This document shows positions 57,896-64,000 of a stretch of DNA of 64,000 bases, in pieces. Position 1 is the stretch's first letter. Each line of letters opens with the position of its first letter. The DNA is from Dehalococcoidia bacterium. Lineage in GTDB: Bacteria > Chloroflexota > Dehalococcoidia > SHYB01. The notes below the pieces were generated by a model. The model worked only from the letters and a program-made list of their open reading frames with translations, had not been told where the DNA came from and made no database searches. The position numbers were made by a program, and so were the translations under genes. The DNA lies in assembly GCA_965261455.1 (NCBI GenBank), contig OZ253453.1, positions 1,145,526 to 1,209,525 on the forward strand, written 5' to 3'.

Positions 57896-59182
57896 CTACC
57901 CTCCCCCGACCTCGCCGCGCACGGCGGCCGGCTCACCGACGATGATCGGACGCGACGGATCGACGATCCGGCGGGTCCGGCCTTGGAAGCCCAAGATACG
58001 CGTCATGACGACAATGGAGCCGATGGCGATGGCGAAATTGACCGGAATGATCCAATAGGGCAAGTCTGCTGCGTCGCGGAAGGCCACGACCTCGGCGGCG
58101 ACGACGAACAGGTTCACGAGAGAGAGCGGCAGGAGGAACTTCCAGCCGAACCCCATGATCTGATCGACGCGCAGCCGGGGGACCGTCGCCCGCACCCAGA
58201 TCAGCACCCCGATCACGAAGCCCATCTTCAGTACGAGCCACAGATAGGGCGGGATCGGCTCGGGGCCCTTGAAGCCGCTGAGGAACAGCGTCGCGGTGAT
58301 GGCCGAGAAGCCGATGATCGCCGCGTACTCGGCGAGCTGCACCACCGTCCACTTCATCCCGCTGTACTCGGTGTGGAAGCCGGACACGATCTCCGAGTCC
58401 GCCTCCAGCAGATCGAACGGGGCGCGGTTGAGCTCGGCGGAGACGGCGATGGCGAAGACGATGAACCCGAGCGGCATCCACGCCAGGTTGGGCGCGAACC
58501 GCTGCTGCTCGACGATCTCGGTAAGGTTCAAGCTGCCGGTGAGCACCACCACGCCCATGATCGAGAGCACCAGCGGTATCTCGTAGCTCACCAGGAGCGC
58601 CACGGCGCGCATCGCGCCGAACAGCGAGTACTTGTTGTTCGAACTCCACCCGCCCATGAAGACCGCGATCTCCGCCGCCGTGGTCACGCCGATGACGTAG
58701 AGGATCCCGACATCGATGTTGGCCAGGACGGCACCGAACGGCCCCCAGGGAATCACCGCGAACATCGCGAAGATCATGGCCGCAAACGCGAGCGGCGCCA
58801 GGCCGAAGAGGAACTTGTCGGCGGCGCGCGGCGTCGTGTCTTCCTTCGTCATCAGCTTCAGCGCGTCGGCGACGGGCTGGAGGAGACCGAACACTCCGAC
58901 CCGGTTGGGGCCGGGGCGTTGCGTGAAGCGCCCCAACAGCTTGCGCTCCATCAGGATGACGTAGGGCACGCCAAGCGTCGCGACGTTCACCACAAGCAGG
59001 CTCCCGATGACGCCCAGGACAATGTAGATCAGCGGATCGGGCCAGCCGCCGGGAACGGCGCCGCCCATCGCGCGGCACAGGCCGTCGCCCATCCGCGGCA
59101 GGAAGTTGATGCCCCACTCCTGCCACAGGGACATGTCGGTCCAGAACCCATCGGGCTTGCACCCGGTCGCGAGGTGTTCCAC
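57896..59182 (-). CDS. nuoH: Complex I subunit H
   Basis: ERK..QRPGPNRVG..QPVADALKL, RAPFDLLEA; GTG start overlapping nuoD stop inferred. Confidence 0.93.
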   Translation of the reverse strand: MEHLATGCKPDGFWTDMSLWQEWGINFLPRMGDGLCRAMGGAVPGGWPDPLIYIVLGVIGSLLVVNVATLGVPYVILMERKLLGRFTQRPGPNRVGVFGLLQPVADALKLMTKEDTTPRAADKFLFGLAPLAFAAMIFAMFAVIPWGPFGAVLANIDVGILYVIGVTTAAEIAVFMGGWSSNNKYSLFGAMRAVALLVSYEIPLVLSIMGVVVLTGSLNLTEIVEQQRFAPNLAWMPLGFIVFAIAVSAELNRAPFDLLEADSEIVSGFHTEYSGMKWTVVQLAEYAAIIGFSAITATLFLSGFKGPEPIPPYLWLVLKMGFVIGVLIWVRATVPRLRVDQIMGFGWKFLLPLSLVNLFVVAAEVVAFRDAADLPYWIIPVNFAIAIGSIVVMTRILGFQGRTRRIVDPSRPIIVGEPAAVRGEVGGG

Positions 59183-60285
59183 TAGCGGTCCACCTCGCCC
59201 ATATTGATGTCGATGCTGCCGAAGATGGTGACCAGGTCGGCCATCTTCCAACCGATGAGCATTTCAGGGAGTGCGGTGAGGTTGATCAGGGAGGGCGACC
59301 TGATGGCGCAGCGGTACGGCGCCACGCTCCCGTCGCTCACCAGGTGGAAGCCGAGCTCGCCCTTGGGAGCTTCGACCTTTCCATAGGCCTCGCCGGCGGG
59401 CGGGCGCAGCAGCATGGGAAGGTCGGTGCGGTGCGGCCCCGGCGGCATCTGCTCCACGCACTGATGGATGATGCGCAGGCTCTGGCGCATCTCCTCCAGC
59501 CGCACCAGGAAGCGGTCGTAGTTGTCGCCGTCGCTCCCCGTCGGAATGTCGAACTCGAACCGGTCGTAGACCTCATAGGGATCCGACTTTCGCAGGTCCC
59601 AGGCCAGGCCGCTGGCGCGGAGGACGGGACCGGTCGCGCCGGCGTTCACCGCTAGGTCGAGCGGGAGTACGCCGACGCCCTTGCACCGGCTGATCAGGAT
59701 TTCGTTCTCGCGCATGAGCTGCTCGTACTCATCGAACTTGCGGGGCAGCTCGTTGACCACCTCGGCCAGCGCGGGGAAGAACTCCGGGGGCAGGTCGTCG
59801 TTGACCCCGCCGGCGCGCATGTAGGTGTGCGTAATCCGCGCCCCGCACACCATCTCGAACAAGTCGAGGATGCGCTCGCGGTCGCGGAACATATACATGA
59901 GCGGGGTGGCGAAGGCGCCGAGGTCTTGGAGGAAGAACCCGGTGGCGACCTGGTGCGACGCGATGCGCATCAGCTCCGCCATCAGCACCCTGATGTACTG
60001 GCCACGCTCCGGGACCTCGACGCCGAGCAGCCGCTCGACGCCGATCACGTAGGCCAGGTTGTTCGACATCGACGCGGTGTAGTCGAGCCGGTCGGTGAGC
60101 GTGACCACCTGCGTCCACGTGCGCTCCTCGGCCAGCTTCTCCGAGCCGCGGTGCAGATAGCCGAAGATGGGCTCAACGTCCTGGATCACTTCGCCGTCGA
60201 ACACCACCCGCACACGAAAGACGCCGTGGGTGCTGGGGTGATGCGGCCCCAGGTTGACGGTGATCGGCTCTGACTGAAGGGTCAC
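59182..60285 (-). CDS. nuoD: Complex I subunit D
   Basis: GPHHPSTHGVFR, GYLHRG, DRLDY, GEVDR. Confidence 0.96.
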   Translation of the reverse strand: MTLQSEPITVNLGPHHPSTHGVFRVRVVFDGEVIQDVEPIFGYLHRGSEKLAEERTWTQVVTLTDRLDYTASMSNNLAYVIGVERLLGVEVPERGQYIRVLMAELMRIASHQVATGFFLQDLGAFATPLMYMFRDRERILDLFEMVCGARITHTYMRAGGVNDDLPPEFFPALAEVVNELPRKFDEYEQLMRENEILISRCKGVGVLPLDLAVNAGATGPVLRASGLAWDLRKSDPYEVYDRFEFDIPTGSDGDNYDRFLVRLEEMRQSLRIIHQCVEQMPPGPHRTDLPMLLRPPAGEAYGKVEAPKGELGFHLVSDGSVAPYRCAIRSPSLINLTALPEMLIGWKMADLVTIFGSIDINMGEVDR

Positions 60286-60309
60286 GGCATATCGCTCGAG
60301 CGCCCCGGG

Positions 60310-60762
60310 CTACGGCCTCCGGAGCAGGAAATCCTTCCGCAGGGGATAGCCCTCGAAGCCCTCCCACAGGACGATGCGTTTCAGGTCGGGATGCCCGTCG
60401 AAGCGCACCCCCATCAGGTCGAAGACCTCGCGTTCCTGGAAGTTGGCCGACTTCCACACGCCGGTCACGCTGGGGACCTCCGGCGCCCCGCGGCCATAGG
60501 CCCGGGTCTTCACCAGGGCTCCGTGATTCTGCCGGTAGGAGGTCAGCCGGTAGATAATCTCGAAGTAGTCCACGTAGTCCACCGCGGTCAGGTGAATCAG
60601 CGCGGCGAAGTCGAGGTCGGGATCGTCGCGGAGGAAGCGCGCCGCATCCGCCACCGAGGGCGCGTTCAGCACCACCGCCGCCTCGCCGCTTTCGGCGACT
60701 GACCCGGGAACGGCGGCGCGCAGCCGGTCCGCAAGCTCGTTGCCGGAAAGGGCTTTAGTCAC
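60310..60762 (-). CDS. nuoC: Complex I subunit C
   Basis: [28 protein letters not shown]. Confidence 0.95.
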   Translation of the reverse strand: MTKALSGNELADRLRAAVPGSVAESGEAAVVLNAPSVADAARFLRDDPDLDFAALIHLTAVDYVDYFEIIYRLTSYRQNHGALVKTRAYGRGAPEVPSVTGVWKSANFQEREVFDLMGVRFDGHPDLKRIVLWEGFEGYPLRKDFLLRRP

Positions 60763-61423
60763 GGGCGAACGTCCTGCGCTTCCCGATGCTGCCCCGCGTG
60801 ACCTTCTCGTGGAGCTTCATGATCGCGTAGAGCAGCGCGTCGGGCCGAGGCGGGCAGCCGGGCACGTACACGTCCACGGGCACGATGCGGTTGACTCCCG
60901 GCGTCACGCTGTACGAATCGTAGTAGGGGCCGCCGCTGGTGGCGCACACCCCCATCGAGATAACCCAGCGCGGCTCCGCCATCTGCTGGTAGATCCGCCG
61001 GATGGGAACCGCCATCTTCCAGGTCACCGTCCCCGACACGATCATCAGATCGGCCTGGCGCGGCGAGGCGCGGAAGGCTTCCATGCCGAAGCGCGCAATG
61101 TCGAAACGCGACATGGCGCTGCCGATCATCTCGAAGGCGCAGCAGGCCAGCCCGAAGGTCAGGGGCCACATCGAGTTCTTGCGCCCCCAGGAGACCAGCG
61201 CGTCGACCGACGTGACCAAGACGTTGCGCTGCGCCTCCTCGGAGATCACCAGTGGGTCGTCCATCACCTGGCGGGGCGAGTCGAGGATGAGCTGGTTGAT
61301 CTCGGCGCCCTCTTCGGCGTCGAGGCGGCGCGACAGCTCGCGGGGGATCGCGTAGGGGTTTGCGGTCTGGGTGTCGTCTGGATCGGGCACGGCTAGCTCC
61401 ACTGCAGGGCGCGCTTGCGCCAT
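60755..61423 (-). CDS. nuoB: Complex I subunit B
   Basis: [22 protein letters not shown]; exact start uncertain. Confidence 0.95.
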   Translation of the reverse strand: MAQARPAVELAVPDPDDTQTANPYAIPRELSRRLDAEEGAEINQLILDSPRQVMDDPLVISEEAQRNVLVTSVDALVSWGRKNSMWPLTFGLACCAFEMIGSAMSRFDIARFGMEAFRASPRQADLMIVSGTVTWKMAVPIRRIYQQMAEPRWVISMGVCATSGGPYYDSYSVTPGVNRIVPVDVYVPGCPPRPDALLYAIMKLHEKVTRGSIGKRRTFARD

Positions 61424-61773
61424 TCATAGAGGAGGCCCAGGGTGATGATCCCCACGAAGACGGCCACCGCGCCGAAGCCGAACCATTCAAGCCCGCGCGC
61501 GTTGACGGCCCAGGGGAACAGGAAGACGGCCTCGATATCGAAGATGAGAAACGAGAGCGCGAAGTAGTAGTAGCGGAAGTTGAACCGCACCCAGGAGCCG
61601 CCGATGGTGCGGACGCCGCACTCGTAGGTGTCGCTCTTGACGCTGTCGCGGACCTGGGGCTTGATCCCGACCACGGTGAGCAGGTAGGGGATGAGCAGCA
61701 TGCTCAACGGGACCGCCACGGCGAAGATGAGGAAGATCCCGATGAAGCCGAACTCACTCACGACGGCCCCCAA
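61393..61773 (-). CDS. nuoA: Complex I subunit A
   Basis: [26 protein letters not shown]. Confidence 0.95.
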   Translation of the reverse strand: MGAVVSEFGFIGIFLIFAVAVPLSMLLIPYLLTVVGIKPQVRDSVKSDTYECGVRTIGGSWVRFNFRYYYFALSFLIFDIEAVFLFPWAVNARGLEWFGFGAVAVFVGIITLGLLYEWRKRALQWS

Positions 61774-61914
61774 AACGTGAAGCGCATTGGATGAATCACG
61801 CGATGCCTCGGCTTAGGAGTAACGCGGCCGCTCCATGCGCGCCTGAAGTGCGGGCGCTCAATGTAGCACAGGGCCCTAGGGCTTTCAAGTGAATTTTTTA
61901 ACAAAGTTTCCGGG

Positions 61915-62250
61915 CTACGCGTCCGAGCCGGCGCGCTCCTCGAACACCTCCGACGCCACCCGCAGCGCGTTCCCCGCGCAGGGCCAGCTCGCGTAGAAGG
62001 CCATCATCAGCATCACTTCGGCGATCTCCTCCTCGGAGCAGCCGTTGTTCAGGCCCAACTGCACGTGAGCGCGAATCTGGTCGGTGCGGTAGAGCGCGGT
62101 CAGCGCCGCGATCACGCACAGGCTCCGCTCCCGGTGGGTCAGGTCCGGCCGGTCCCAGATCTCCCCAAACAGCAAGTCGTCGGTGATCTCCCCGTACCGC
62201 GGCGCGATCTTGTCGTACATCGCCCGCGCTTTCCTTGGCAGTCCCCGCAT
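61915..62250 (-). CDS. Carboxymuconolactone decarboxylase family protein
   Basis: LFGEIWDRPDL..RERSL, H...GLNNG..EEI..FYASWP; GGAGG SD. Confidence 0.88.
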   Translation of the reverse strand: MRGLPRKARAMYDKIAPRYGEITDDLLFGEIWDRPDLTHRERSLCVIAALTALYRTDQIRAHVQLGLNNGCSEEEIAEVMLMMAFYASWPCAGNALRVASEVFEERAGSDA

Positions 62251-62627
62251 GGCGTACCTCCTCGGCCCTCTAGGGCCGCCGCCATTCTACCCGCCCCTGT
62301 TTGCCCTTCTCGCCCTAGCTGATACGAGAGGCCGGTATGGAAAGGGGTGTGAAAGGGTCGGAAGATCCCTGATTAGGGCCCAAAGCGGCCCGCCTTGGGT
62401 CGCGTATTCGATGGTTTAGGGTCTTCCCGTGGGGCTTCCGCGTCTTTCGCGGAGGACGGAAAGGCTTCCAACAGGAGTGGGCTGTGGTGAGGGCACGGCC
62501 GAACTCCTGCCAATTCCGCCACTAAGGCGCCAATTCCGCCCCACACGGGGGGCGGCTCTTCGACCGTCCTGGCGCCTCGCGGCGGTGGAAGGGAGCGGCG
62601 CGGGTTCGAGGGTCTTCCCGTCGAGGA

Positions 62628-62798
62628 GACTCTTGCGTAACTCGGAGGGCGGGCTTCAGCAAGGTCGCGCGGCCCCCGCCTCCCCCCGCCCTCACCCCAA
62701 CCCTCTCCCAGCGGGAGAGGGGGCAAGACCCCGCGCCGCCTCCCTTTCCCAAGGCCAGCGGACGGCGTTCTTCCCCTCGGCGGAGTCTTTTGCAAGGG
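62628..62798. repeat. ~170-bp MITE/REP-like element, copy 2
   Basis: Core shared with 37520-37690. Confidence 0.7.
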
Positions 62799-62923
62799 GA
62801 ATTATATACAATCCTACCCAAGCGCCGTGCCGCTGGGGAGGCTTGACCGAGGAACAGATACGGCTCATGGCCGAAGGCATGGAAGGCAAGCGACTCCGCT
62901 ACGCCGACCTGATTGCTAAGTAA
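62796..62923 (+). mobile_element. Internally deleted IS1595-family remnant
   Basis: GGGGAATTATATAC end-like sequence followed by TEEQIRLMAEGMEGKRLRYADLIAK*, resembling IS1595 transposase C-termini. Confidence 0.6.
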
Positions 62924-63002
62924 CGAGTCACGGTTGCTTGTCTCCGCGTCCTTTTCCTACGGCCAGTGGCAAAGCCCGCTCGCCAGTCGGAGCGCCCCCG
63001 AT

Positions 63003-63260
63003 TCACTCAGCGCTCTCAGCCGATGCTTCCTGCTTCTTGAGGTACACCACCGCGCCGACCAGCGGGACCATCACGAGGAACCACAAGACGACCACGTGGC
63101 CGCTTTCGACCGCGACCGCGAGGCCCTTGCCGCTGCCGGCATAGGCATCGCTCCCCAAGGCCGAGATGGCCTCAATGAGTAACCACGCCCACATCGAGAC
63201 GGTCCACAGCACGGTTAACCACTTTGCGGCGACGGCCGGCGACTCAATGTCGATCTGCAT
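63003..63260 (-). CDS. Small two-TM hypothetical membrane protein
   Basis: AGGAGG SD before ATG 63260; two hydrophobic segments. Confidence 0.6.
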   Translation of the reverse strand: MQIDIESPAVAAKWLTVLWTVSMWAWLLIEAISALGSDAYAGSGKGLAVAVESGHVVVLWFLVMVPLVGAVVYLKKQEASAESAE

Positions 63261-63362
63261 AGCTGCCCCCCTCCTGTTTGATATCCCGGACCCGATGGTG
63301 TCGGCCTGCATGTCGCTGTGGGCGGCCTGCCGGTTCCTTGATCTCACTTGAGGCTGGCTCTT

Positions 63363-63875
63363 CTAGCCCGGCCCCCCACCCCAGCTCGCTAGGGCCTTCT
63401 GGCATGCTTCCGCGAACTGCTCTCCAAGGTGCGCAGTAGCATCATCGGACCCCACCGACTGAATTGCGCTTGTTAACTCTTGGAACCGGTCCTCGTCGTA
63501 GGGCTCATCGGCGTCCTGTGTTCTGAGTGCGTCGACCGCTTGCCCTAGGGCCTTGAGCCAAGGCTCGTGGTACCCTCTTCTGAACTCAACCGAGAGCGGG
63601 CCATCGTAGCTCTCTTGGTGTTCTAGGTGCGCCTCCGCTCGCTCCAAGGCCTCGCCCCAAGTGTGACGACCCTCGAGGGTCGTGACCCAGTTCTGGATGC
63701 CCTCCCTGCTGCAACTGTACTCAGCATACTCCGCTATGTAGGTGGCGGAGGAATCGGGGCCGTCCTGCCCTCCATTGCCTCCCCCGCACCCGACCACCAG
63801 TAGCAGGAGGGCTGCCGCAACCAGCACGCCCGCTGCCCAACAGGGGCGGCCAGCACTCAAACCACTATCTCTCAT
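63363..63875 (-). CDS. Hypothetical lipoprotein
   Basis: Hydrophobic signal ending LVVGC lipobox, Gly linker, helical body. Confidence 0.7.
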   Translation of the reverse strand: MRDSGLSAGRPCWAAGVLVAAALLLLVVGCGGGNGGQDGPDSSATYIAEYAEYSCSREGIQNWVTTLEGRHTWGEALERAEAHLEHQESYDGPLSVEFRRGYHEPWLKALGQAVDALRTQDADEPYDEDRFQELTSAIQSVGSDDATAHLGEQFAEACQKALASWGGGPG

Positions 63876-64000
63876 CTCACGTCCTTACGGGGCCTCTTCC
63901 TCCTGCGCGCTGGTGGCGGCGGAGCCGTGGGGACCGTTTCCCGTGTTCGTCGGCAGGGGCGACAGCCGTGCTCCCTTCCGGCCCCGTCGCCTCGTGCGCC

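Noticed and set aside
62429-62923. 164 aa ORF as a real gene
   Set aside because: Chimeric read-through of hairpins and repeat DNA; only the last ~25 codons resemble a transposase tail

Overview
High-GC bacterial chromosome window, probably Chloroflexota/Dehalococcoidia (inferred from the large SRP RNA, 11-subunit complex I, CCG-anchored SDH, SnoaL/CitE paralogs and Gram-positive-type SOS boxes). Bases 1-~17.7 kb are the right part of a defence-rich genomic island integrated at the 3' end of tRNA-Ile2(CAU). Its core is a Replic_Relax-like protein, an RHH protein and a large serine recombinase whose ORF reads through the tRNA. Its cargo is an SMC-like ATPase, an operon running Eco57I-like m6A MTase (with a fused extra C-terminal domain) > aspartic protease > antitoxin/VapC > PLD-SNF2 helicase, an XRE/IrrE pair, and a CBASS operon (patatin, CD-NTase, E2-SEC-C). 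The rest is mostly housekeeping: pncB, ffs, rsmA-ispE-aspS, tig-clpPX, purN, xseAB, aroQ, xerC, topA, dprA, two tRNA-Ser, sdh, nadK and nuoA-D,H-N. The most notable unexplained non-coding signals are a ~430-nt highly structured minus-strand RNA candidate at 43.4-43.85 kb, two orphan promoters with identically placed SOS-like boxes, a REP/MITE-like repeat family and an internally deleted IS1595. All calls come from reading motifs by eye; no searches were run.
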